From contig JAZDPX010000042.1 in assembly GCA_043797125.1 (NCBI GenBank), positions 1-62,267 on the forward strand: 62,267 nucleotides of DNA. Reading direction: 5' to 3'. The stretch is from Candidatus Omnitrophota bacterium. Lineage in GTDB: Bacteria; Omnitrophota; Gorgyraeia; JABMRG01; JAFGKX01. The position numbers and the translations under genes were made by a program. This document shows positions 50,924-59,199 of the stretch, piece by piece (positions within the stretch are counted from its first letter, which is position 1; each line of letters begins with the position of its first letter). Under the pieces are notes generated by a model. It worked only from the letters and a program-made list of their open reading frames with translations. It made no database searches and was not told the DNA's origin.

Positions 50924-53605
50924 ATGTGTACCAAACCGGCAGAATACAGAATTAAAGATGCCACAAGCAAAATGACAGCCATTTTGCTTGCGCTGTCTAT
51001 CTCTATGTTCGGCGTCAGCGCGTCTTTTGCCACTGTGGCGTCTGACTCCGGCGGGTTTACACCGGACGCCAGCGCCACCTTTGGCACCGAAATAATAACT
51101 ATCGCCGGGGCGGACAATGATTATGACGGAATGGAGGATAGCTGGGAGCAGCGTTTTGGGCTAAAATCGGACAACTATGCAGACGCAAGCCGAGATGATG
51201 ATAACGACGGCCTGACCAATCTGGAAGAATACAGAAATAATACAGACCCGAAAGTTTCAGAGGGCGGTATTGCGCTGACAATGACAGCGACTCCGGTAAC
51301 AGACAATGTGCAGCCCCTTGATGTTATATTTACAGCGGATGTCATAGAAAACGGCGGCTATGATATCGTTAAGTATGAATGGGATTTTGACGGTAACGGC
51401 GTCTATGACTGGCAAGACACAGGCGCGTCAGCCGCGCATAGATATACGGCATTCGGGGCATATGAGGCCAAACTGCGGGTTACCAACGAAAAAGGTTATT
51501 GCGGCGTAGCGGCGCTGATTATTAATGTCCAAAAGGCGGCTGATATGCCGTATATTTACACAAAGCCGACATTGATTCAGATACAGGATGTGCCCCAGAA
51601 TCTTGCGTTTTCCGCGACCAACGATCCAAAATTTTCCGCTTACAGGTGGGATCTTAACGGAGACGGCGTATGGGATACAATCTCGGATAACCCTTCTATC
51701 ATACATTCCTACAGAAACGTCAGGTATGATTCTTTCAATGTGGAAGCTGTCGCGGTCGCGGATAGCGGCATAGGTTCTTGCGCGGCGATGTCGTTTGCCG
51801 CAGCTCCGAAAACATGGTATGACTCTAACGCAAATAAGGGCAAGGCAAGGCCGATTATAGCATTTCTGCGCGACAAAATAATTATATCAACAGCAGGCGA
51901 AAGCGTTTCTTTTGACGGTTATTGCGCGCCTGCTTATGGCGATAGCTGGGGTTATGCCAAAAAAACAGAGTGGGATTTTGAAAGCGACGGAATATATGAC
52001 TGGGTGACAAGTTTGTTGGATGCCAAAACCAAGGCATGGACAGGCAATACAGGCGGCTATGCTAAAGTCAGCCATGTTTACGGTACGCCGGGAATTTACA
52101 GAGCCACGCTAAGAGGGACCACGGATGCAAATGTATGCGCTACAGACAGCGTGCTTGTGATTGTGCAGGCCGCTGGCAGCAATCCGCCGAATGCAAGAGC
52201 GAAAATAGAATATGGAGACAAAAAAGAATATGAATACAGCGAAAAAACCCCGTTTTTGGAAGGTACAATTCCTTTTACCGTAACAGGCGTTCATAAAAAC
52301 AGCTCCTCAAACAGCAAATACTTTGAATGGGATTTTGACGCCGACGGCGTGTGCGATTGGACAGGCGCAGATAATAATCCCAAAACTAAAAAAGATACGC
52401 CTACATATACATACACAATTCCTGGCTATTACTTGGCGAGCTTAAAAGTCACTGATAATGACGGCCTTACTGATACAGCCTACGCGCCTATTTATGTTTC
52501 AATAGCGAATGACGGCACGCACAGAAGCGCGATAAAGTCCCCGAAAGAGGGTATGACAGTAGCGGGAAACAAGCTGAGTCTGATAGGCGAGGTATTTCCG
52601 GATGATGTGTCGGCGGATAATCTCACTTTTCAGTATAGCCCCGATAAAATTCAGTGGTTTAACATACCCGGCCCTGTAAAGCCGCTGACATCCTACAAGG
52701 TTGCATGGGATACTACGCAAGTTTCCGACGGCCCATATTTTATAAGGCTTGTGGTTAACGGCAAGGCGGCTGATGGTTTTATTCCCGCTTCTGTCGAGGT
52801 ATTAAATAACCCCGCGGCCGATGATGTGCTGGACATATGCGAAAACGACGCCATCGGCGCGTATTCTTATGACGCGGTAATAAACACTGTCAAACAGAAC
52901 GAGTTAACATTATATAACGGCGCCCGCATAATTTTACCCCCGGGGGCTGTTGACGACGATGATAACCAGGTTGGTATCATTGTAATAGAATTTAGCAGCA
53001 TATCCGCGGGCATCGGTTTTGCCATAGATATAACCCTTGTGCGTGAGCCCGGCGCCGATGGGTCTCAATATGGCCCCGTGGATTTAAACAAGGACGTAAT
53101 TATACAACTGCCGTATCCTGACGCAGATAACAACGCCATAGTGGACGGCACCGGCGTGAATGAAAAAGATATTGTAATAATGTGGAAGGCCAATGCCGCA
53201 GACAAATGGGAGCCTTTGATTAATTCAATTGTGTATCCGGATGAGAACTATGTTCAGGCTGCGGTGAACCACTTTACCTTATTCGGGGCGGGATTTCTCG
53301 CCGGAGGCGGCTCGGTTTTCGGGTCAGCGAGCTCCGTGTTCGGCGGCGAAGGCGCTGTAAGCTACTGTTTTATAGCTACGGCTGCTTATGGTTGCGCTGA
53401 CGCGGAAGATGTTATGGTGTTGAGGCGCTTCAGAGACAGGTTCCTGCTTACCAACGAATATGGTGAAAAATTTGTAAATTTCTATTATCAACACAGCCCA
53501 AAAGTGGTAAAATATATTGAAAGAAGCGAGGCCTTTAGGAAAATAGTCAGGCTGGCGTTAAAACCGCTGATTAAGTTCGCTAGGTGGAGGCTTAACCGGT
53601 TGTAA
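50924..53605 (+). CDS. Secreted PKD-repeat / TSP3-like calcium-binding protein with C-terminal CFIATAAYG motif
   Basis: It has four PKD-type signatures ('YEWDFDGNGVYDW', 'YRWDLNGDGVWD', 'TEWDFESDGIYDW', 'FEWDFDADGVCDW') and the TSP3-like 'DDDNDGLTNLEEYRNNTDP'. The tail is 'SYCFIATAAYGCADAEDVMVLRRFRDRFLL'. An alternative start at 50972 gives a cleaner signal peptide. Confidence 0.75.
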   Translation: MCTKPAEYRIKDATSKMTAILLALSISMFGVSASFATVASDSGGFTPDASATFGTEIITIAGADNDYDGMEDSWEQRFGLKSDNYADASRDDDNDGLTNLEEYRNNTDPKVSEGGIALTMTATPVTDNVQPLDVIFTADVIENGGYDIVKYEWDFDGNGVYDWQDTGASAAHRYTAFGAYEAKLRVTNEKGYCGVAALIINVQKAADMPYIYTKPTLIQIQDVPQNLAFSATNDPKFSAYRWDLNGDGVWDTISDNPSIIHSYRNVRYDSFNVEAVAVADSGIGSCAAMSFAAAPKTWYDSNANKGKARPIIAFLRDKIIISTAGESVSFDGYCAPAYGDSWGYAKKTEWDFESDGIYDWVTSLLDAKTKAWTGNTGGYAKVSHVYGTPGIYRATLRGTTDANVCATDSVLVIVQAAGSNPPNARAKIEYGDKKEYEYSEKTPFLEGTIPFTVTGVHKNSSSNSKYFEWDFDADGVCDWTGADNNPKTKKDTPTYTYTIPGYYLASLKVTDNDGLTDTAYAPIYVSIANDGTHRSAIKSPKEGMTVAGNKLSLIGEVFPDDVSADNLTFQYSPDKIQWFNIPGPVKPLTSYKVAWDTTQVSDGPYFIRLVVNGKAADGFIPASVEVLNNPAADDVLDICENDAIGAYSYDAVINTVKQNELTLYNGARIILPPGAVDDDDNQVGIIVIEFSSISAGIGFAIDITLVREPGADGSQYGPVDLNKDVIIQLPYPDADNNAIVDGTGVNEKDIVIMWKANAADKWEPLINSIVYPDENYVQAAVNHFTLFGAGFLAGGGSVFGSASSVFGGEGAVSYCFIATAAYGCADAEDVMVLRRFRDRFLLTNEYGEKFVNFYYQHSPKVVKYIERSEAFRKIVRLALKPLIKFARWRLNRL

Positions 53606-53620
53606 TGAAAAGCAATTAAA

Positions 53621-53652
53621 GATGTAGCGCAGGCTTAAGCCTGCGCTACATC
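53621..53652. repeat. Perfect 32-nt palindrome, variant c (GATGTAGCGCAGGC-TTAA-GCCTGCGCTACATC)
   Basis: It lies 16 nt after the stop at 53605 and 16 nt before the ATG at 53668. It is followed by AAGTCGAGAT, as is copy 41173 (GAGTCGAGAT). Confidence 0.9.
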
Positions 53653-53667
53653 TAAGTCGAGATATTT

Positions 53668-54364
53668 ATGAAATACGTATATATAGTATTAATCTATCTT
53701 ATTCTTAAGGTGTCGGTTATATTTGCCGCTTCGGAAGAATTACCGTCTTTACCCGGGGCAGAGTTAAAAGGTACTATATTTACGCGCGCAGCCGCAGGCA
53801 TCAAAAAACAGGACAGCTCTGTAAAGCCGGTTGCTATTATTAAAGATACCCAGACAGAAAAGGTAAATGTTTACGAGGTCGGCGAAACCGTTAGAGGGGC
53901 AAAGATACTCGAGATAGCAAGAGGAGAAGTTGTTTTAGAAAAAAAAAGGCATAAAATATATTTTGGCATTGCCTGGCGGAGGCGTAAAACAGTCTGTTGC
54001 ATCAGGGGCGGCTGGTATAGTTGATATTAAGATTACGCAGGACGGAAATACGTTTCATATCAGCAAGGCAGATGTTAATAAAGCCCTTTCAATGGTCCCT
54101 TTGTTAATACGGGACATAAAGATAATGCCTCATTTTGAAAGGGGCCTGCCAAACGGGATACGCTTAAACAGGGTAAAAGAAGGCAGTGTATTTGAAAAAG
54201 CAGGCGCAAAAACAGGTGATATTGTTAAAAACGTAAATGGCATGACGTTAAATACCCCGTATCAGATATTCCAGGCTTACAAGAAGTTAAAAGATGAGAA
54301 AGCCCTTAAGGTTGAAATGGAGCGTGAAGGCGAAGGCGTGGTTTTAGACTATAAAATAGAATGA
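53668..54364 (+). pseudogene. GspC/PulC-like protein (TM anchor + HR-like domain + PDZ) interrupted by a +1 frame change at an A9 run
   Basis: ORFs 53668-54024 and 53963-54364 are offset by +1. Removing one A from the A9 run (53939-53947) gives a continuous '...GEVVLEKKGIKYILALPGGGVKQS...'. The PDZ-like region is 'GIRLNRVKEGSVFEKAGAKTGDIVKNVNGMTL'. Confidence 0.55.
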
Positions 54365-54368
54365 GAGG

Positions 54369-54397
54369 TTGATTTTTTTTGCAGACTTTGTTATAAT
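54369..54397 (+). promoter_or_regulatory. Sigma70-like promoter candidate TTGATT-17-(TGt)TATAAT
   Basis: It was counted from the sequence, 40 nt upstream of the ATG at 54437. It overlaps the small hairpin CAGACTTT/AAAGTCTG. Confidence 0.45.
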
Positions 54398-54436
54398 AAT
54401 TAAAAAGTCTGTACTCTTGGTGGGAGGTACAAAAAT

Positions 54437-57316
54437 ATGAAAGTACTTAAAATAATACTTATAGGTATTTTTCTTTTAACATCCGGCCCCGCCGGACCGG
54501 TTTGTTATGCTGCAGAGATTGTAGCCGGGCTTTTCGAGCCATGCCAGTATAAGAATATATACATCTATTATCTTGAAAAAGGCGATGCGCATTTAGCAGA
54601 TAACCAGCCGCATGCTGCATTAGAGGCATATAAAAGAGCGCTGATGATACAGCCTGTTTCCGAAGAGGCAATGGCTAAAATAGAATATGTAGAAGGGTTC
54701 CTGGGCCTAAAACAGCAGAAGAAAATTACTGCAAAGGAAACTCCGGCTGAAGCTGCCAGGGTAACCCGCGAGTCAAAAGATATCAGGACAAGAGAAGGGG
54801 CTATGTTAGAGGCCCTCGATTCTGTAACAAGGGAAAGGCAGTATAAGCCAGACATAACAACCTTAGGCGAAGACGAAACAGTTGTTGTAAAGAGGCCGTC
54901 TGTGCGCAAACGCACAGCTATTACCACGCAGAAAACAACCTCTGCGCAGCAGGCACAACCTTCATATACATCTTCTAACTGGCCGGGCCCCTGTTCTTTT
55001 AGTAATGGCATTGATGAGAGCATACAAGAAGGGGTAAAGAGTATAAATGACGAAATAGCTCCGGGCAAAATAAGCGGCGATTATAGGGTGGCTTTAGGTT
55101 TTACTTCAGATGATGTTATATGGAACGACGCTAATAATAATCATATAGGTGTGCCTATTGAACTGAACTGGCGTTATCTTTACGGCGAAAATCAGTATAA
55201 TATGTATGATAAGGAAATATACAGCAGGTTAAGGGTCGAGGCAGACGGCCCGATTACCGCTCACACAAAAGGTTTTACGGAAATTGTTTTTGACCCCTGG
55301 ACATATGTTGGAAGAAAAGACGTCGAATCAAGAGCGGCAAACGGCGACGCGGCGCACCTTACTTTAAAATACTGGTCCAACGCGAAAAGGTGCATAAATG
55401 AAATGTACCGATCTGACAGAGGCGATATCGTAAACGTTCAGGAAAATAAAATTGTGGAAGGAAAACTTTCTCCGGAGTCATATTTCGGGCTGTTTGATTG
55501 GGGTTCCAATAGTTTTCCAGTCGGAGAAGCTGATATTGACAGGATGTATGTGCCCATACGCAAATTATGGTTCGATTACGATAATGAGCCGAATCATTTG
55601 AGAATATTCCCCATGGCCAACGAAGACCAGGCGTTGACTACCGATGACCCGTTAAGGCTTTCAAACAACAAGGCATGGTGGGAAGAAAGCCCCTGGCTTG
55701 ATTCTTATGAGCCAAGCCGCGTATTTCAAAGGCCCGGCGCCCCGGTAAAACAGGGCGAATGGGTGAGAAGCCTTTCGTTTACAACGAAAGACAGCGATTT
55801 TGAGAGGCTGACATTTTTAAGAGGAGTTAACTTTTCCACAAGATCAAATAACGGCATTGAGGTTGAAACTACGGTCGCGGCTCCAAGAAGCCTTTGGGAT
55901 TATTATGATGAAGTAAGCAGCGTGCCGGGGGCGATAAGATTAAGGCTTCCCGAGACAGAAGATATCAAGGCAGGAGCCCTGTATACGTCAAAATTAGGCC
56001 TTAGGGAAAACAGCGTAGAAGCGGTAAATCATCTGGCGGGCATTGACGGGGAATATTTCCACTCCCCCGATACCAGCGCATACGCGCAATGCGCTTTTAG
56101 CTATACGGATATAGAAGAGGCAAACGGCGTTGGAAGAAATTATTGGGGGGCAGGATATACGCTCGGGCTTAAAAATAAAGGTAATCTTGCTTCCTTACTC
56201 ATTAATGATGATTATGATTTAAATTTAAGCTTCACGCATTTTAATGATAATTTCTTACCCGGGCTTTCCAATTATAGGTTCACAAGAAAAGACACTATTT
56301 ACGCCAAACACATATATTTTGATAAGCTGCAGCCGGAAGTGGAGAACGAGAAAGTCGGCAACGGCGTCGACATAGACAGGGTTGCCTTTAACGCAAACGC
56401 GAAAGCGAATTTTCTAGACGAGAAATTGAAAACCACGGCGGATTTTAGGGACGTGCGCACAGACAGCGGCAATTTTATCGAAAACGTGACAAGGGCTGAA
56501 GCGGAATATAAATTCGCGCCTAAGCTTACGGGGAAGGGGCTTTTTAGATACGAGCATCTGCCCGAGACCACCGAAGGCTATGATCCCCTGATGAACGCGA
56601 AAACCTCATACAGCGCTTTTACGGATTATTTCAGCGACAAAGACATATGGCTAAGAAATAATGCCGTTGAAGAAGGCAAAGACCCGTCAATAGGCGCCTA
56701 TTCTTTAGGATTAAAATATGACCCGTTTGATACTTTATCTTTGCAGGCAATATATGAGGCCACAAACGATCCGTTGGATATGCCCAGGGGTTTACTTAAT
56801 GACGCGTACGTAACTAACGTTGAAAAAGACGGCATACTTTGGGATGAGATAGTGCCGTTTTTGCATGACCAGGGCTCATTTGGCCTGCCTCCGTATGAAT
56901 ATTACAACATATATAAAGGAAGAGTTGTGTACTATCCTATAAAGGATATATTAAAGGCGGACTTTAGCTATGTTTATAATGAAAATAAATACGCCACCAC
57001 GCTTGATGATAATGTAACGCACACAGGCATAAACCTTGATTATAAATATAATGCCAAGCTTACACTCGGGCTGGCATATTATTATACGCGCATAAGAGAA
57101 CTTTGGACCGATGTTATAGGAGGGCAAGGTTATCATTATGACGGCCACCATAATGTGTTTTTGGCCGCCGATTACAATATTAACGAGAATCAGACATTCA
57201 CATTGATGTTTGGCGAATTCGCGGGCTATGGCGGAGAATACTACGACGAGTATTCTCCGATAGGCCCGTTAGATACCCAGCATATCGTAAGGGCCATATA
57301 TAGCGGTAAATTTTGA
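54437..57316 (+). CDS. Large outer-membrane-type protein (TPR-like N-terminus, beta-rich body, C-terminal ...YSGKF)
   Basis: It has a signal peptide ('...SGPAGPVCYA|A'). The body has alternating aromatic/polar beta-strand-like composition, rich in Y/G/N/D. The terminal aromatic residue, 'RAIYSGKF', is typical of BAM substrates. Confidence 0.55.
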   Translation: MKVLKIILIGIFLLTSGPAGPVCYAAEIVAGLFEPCQYKNIYIYYLEKGDAHLADNQPHAALEAYKRALMIQPVSEEAMAKIEYVEGFLGLKQQKKITAKETPAEAARVTRESKDIRTREGAMLEALDSVTRERQYKPDITTLGEDETVVVKRPSVRKRTAITTQKTTSAQQAQPSYTSSNWPGPCSFSNGIDESIQEGVKSINDEIAPGKISGDYRVALGFTSDDVIWNDANNNHIGVPIELNWRYLYGENQYNMYDKEIYSRLRVEADGPITAHTKGFTEIVFDPWTYVGRKDVESRAANGDAAHLTLKYWSNAKRCINEMYRSDRGDIVNVQENKIVEGKLSPESYFGLFDWGSNSFPVGEADIDRMYVPIRKLWFDYDNEPNHLRIFPMANEDQALTTDDPLRLSNNKAWWEESPWLDSYEPSRVFQRPGAPVKQGEWVRSLSFTTKDSDFERLTFLRGVNFSTRSNNGIEVETTVAAPRSLWDYYDEVSSVPGAIRLRLPETEDIKAGALYTSKLGLRENSVEAVNHLAGIDGEYFHSPDTSAYAQCAFSYTDIEEANGVGRNYWGAGYTLGLKNKGNLASLLINDDYDLNLSFTHFNDNFLPGLSNYRFTRKDTIYAKHIYFDKLQPEVENEKVGNGVDIDRVAFNANAKANFLDEKLKTTADFRDVRTDSGNFIENVTRAEAEYKFAPKLTGKGLFRYEHLPETTEGYDPLMNAKTSYSAFTDYFSDKDIWLRNNAVEEGKDPSIGAYSLGLKYDPFDTLSLQAIYEATNDPLDMPRGLLNDAYVTNVEKDGILWDEIVPFLHDQGSFGLPPYEYYNIYKGRVVYYPIKDILKADFSYVYNENKYATTLDDNVTHTGINLDYKYNAKLTLGLAYYYTRIRELWTDVIGGQGYHYDGHHNVFLAADYNINENQTFTLMFGEFAGYGGEYYDEYSPIGPLDTQHIVRAIYSGKF

Positions 57317-57317
57317 C

Positions 57318-57414
57318 CCGCCTTCGTGTATCGGGTAGTTCATAGTAGATAGCCTACGGCGGGTTATCCGCCGAAGCATATCTACTATGAAGTTCTTATT
57401 TACAGCGAAGGCGG
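57318..57414. repeat. 97-nt nested palindromic element (three helices) immediately after the stop codon
   Basis: CCGCCTTCG (57318-57326) pairs with CGAAGGCGG (57406-57414). TTCATAGTAGATA (57339-57351) pairs with TATCTACTATGAA (57379-57391). CGGCGG-GTTAT-CCGCCG occupies 57357-57373. Confidence 0.8.
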
Positions 57415-57444
57415 ATAAAAAATACAAAAATTTTAATTTTACCC

Positions 57445-57473
57445 TTGACAAAAGAAGGTATTTATGGTAAACT
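57445..57473 (+). promoter_or_regulatory. Sigma70-like promoter candidate TTGACA-17-(TGg)TAAACT
   Basis: It was counted from the sequence, 37 nt upstream of the ATG at 57510. Confidence 0.5.
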
Positions 57474-57509
57474 TTTACAAATAGTTTTAAAAATAAAAAC
57501 AAAGATAAG

Positions 57510-59198
57510 ATGAAGATAAAAAACAATCGCTTAAAATCAAGAGGATTATTGGCTATTATTGTAGTAATATTATATTCTACTATAATAGCGCCAAACAGCG
57601 GAATAGCTGTCGGCCAAGACGCGGCCTCAAAGCCCGGGCTTGTTTCGGATTTTTCCATCCCTGAAACATACGGCACGATAAAGGACAGGTATATTAACGA
57701 CCAGAGCGATTTATTGCTTGTGCATATTCAGGACCTGCATTGTAATTTTGACGCTCAAATGAGCATACATAATATAATAAACAAATTAGTAAATGAAAAC
57801 AATCTCAACCTGGTAATGATAGAAGGTTCAGTGGGAAAACTGGAGACAGCGCCGTTTTCCCGTTATGACGACGAAGCCATAAAGGAAGAAGTGGCGCGCG
57901 GCTTCTTAAAGACAGCCAAGATTGACGGGACGGTATATAGCCACATCTTAAATAAAAGCTCATTTGCCTTTTGGGGAGCCGATGACTTGGAGTTATACAC
58001 GCAGAACGTGGCCGCATTTAAGGTTTCTCTGGACGCAAAGGCAAAAAACAGCGCATTTTGCAATAGCGTAAAATCGGTATTAAATGAATTTAAGGAAAAG
58101 GTGTATAACAAAAAATTAGTTAATTTTGAAAAACAGGCCCGGGCATACAAGGAAGACGAACTTGCCTTCGGCGAATTTTCCAAATATTTAAACGAGCTTG
58201 CGACCGAATATAAGCTAAGCAAGGACTCATACGTCAACTTCAACAGGCTCATTGAGGTGCTGAACCTTGAGGCAACGATAGATTTTACATCCGTGGATTC
58301 CCAGCGTTCAGAGTGCATAGAGAAATTGAGCAAAAAACTAAAAAAAGAGCGCCTGGCCGAATTGCTGGATAAAAGCCTTTATTTTAAATCGGGCAAGCTC
58401 GGCGCGTTCGAGTTTTATTCATATCTTAAGGAAACCATAGACAGCACAAAAAAGGTCAACCTGGCCGATTTTGGGCAGCTACAAAAATATATCGATTATA
58501 TCCTGGCTTACAATAAAATAGAGCACTCGGGCCTTTTCGACGAAATCAACCGCCTGCAGGGCGAGTTAAAAGAAAAGCTGTTTATAAGGGAGATAGAACG
58601 CCAGACAGATACATTGTATAAAAACATCGAAGTCCTGGACGACCTGCTTAATCTGAAGCTGACGACAAAAACCCTCGATTACTACAGAAAGGGCAGAAGC
58701 TCGTTTCTGGCCTCCAATTTTATTAATTTTATAACCGCCAATGCCGCGCAATATAAAATAAGATACAGAATACCCGACGGCTTCAAGGATATCGACGCGC
58801 AGCTTCCCGACATGGAAAAATTCTACAGCCTGGCGCTGGAAAGAGACGGCGTGCTTGTCGACAACACCATAAATAAGATGAGCGAAATTAACGCGAAGGC
58901 CGCTGTTTTAGTCGCCGGCGGTTTTCACACAGACGGAATAGCGCGCAAATTAAAGGAAAAGGGCATTTCTTATCTTGTAATAACTCCCAGGGTAAATGAA
59001 TTGGACGCGGACAATAACCCCTATGTATCGAAGCTATTAAACAAAAGGACTCCTTTCGAGGAGTTTTTATACAGCCAGATAAAGGATAAATACGACAGCC
59101 CGGAGGCTGTTGTTTTTCAGCAGGAGGCAAAGTATTTTGCCGACGCGCATAAATTGATAAAAGAGGCATTGGAAAAAGAAAACAAGGAGGAGTTTTAA
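57510..59198 (+). CDS. Signal-anchored/secreted hypothetical protein (562 aa)
   Basis: The N-terminus is 'MKIKNNRLKSRGLLAIIVVILYSTIIAP'. I recognise no family. Notable blocks are 'LLVHIQDLHCNFDAQ' and 'VLVAGGFHTDGIARKL'. Confidence 0.7.
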   Translation: MKIKNNRLKSRGLLAIIVVILYSTIIAPNSGIAVGQDAASKPGLVSDFSIPETYGTIKDRYINDQSDLLLVHIQDLHCNFDAQMSIHNIINKLVNENNLNLVMIEGSVGKLETAPFSRYDDEAIKEEVARGFLKTAKIDGTVYSHILNKSSFAFWGADDLELYTQNVAAFKVSLDAKAKNSAFCNSVKSVLNEFKEKVYNKKLVNFEKQARAYKEDELAFGEFSKYLNELATEYKLSKDSYVNFNRLIEVLNLEATIDFTSVDSQRSECIEKLSKKLKKERLAELLDKSLYFKSGKLGAFEFYSYLKETIDSTKKVNLADFGQLQKYIDYILAYNKIEHSGLFDEINRLQGELKEKLFIREIERQTDTLYKNIEVLDDLLNLKLTTKTLDYYRKGRSSFLASNFINFITANAAQYKIRYRIPDGFKDIDAQLPDMEKFYSLALERDGVLVDNTINKMSEINAKAAVLVAGGFHTDGIARKLKEKGISYLVITPRVNELDADNNPYVSKLLNKRTPFEEFLYSQIKDKYDSPEAVVFQQEAKYFADAHKLIKEALEKENKEEF

Positions 59199-59199
59199 G

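Noticed and set aside
27636-53652. Palindromic repeats as a CRISPR array
   Set aside because: The copies are separated by 0.1 to 10 kb of protein-coding sequence, not by regular 30-40-nt spacers. No cas genes are present, and the repeats are perfect palindromes with variant arms.
27636-53652. Palindromes as canonical Rho-independent terminators
   Set aside because: None of the seven copies is followed by a T-run on either strand. Several sit between genes that appear co-transcribed (for example 31149, between the binding protein and the permease).
53963-54364. An independent 133-aa gene starting at TTG 53963
   Set aside because: It has no RBS and would begin in the middle of a domain. The upstream sequence in the same frame (KKKGIKYI) joins seamlessly to the preceding ORF if one A is removed from the A9 run, so a single interrupted gene is more parsimonious.
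54437-57316. The 959-aa protein as the GspD secretin partner of the GspC-like gene
   Set aside because: I could find no secretin C-domain signature (the glycine/proline-rich 'P.LGDIP..G.LF'-type block) and no N0-N3 repeats. It is kept only as a generic outer-membrane-type protein.
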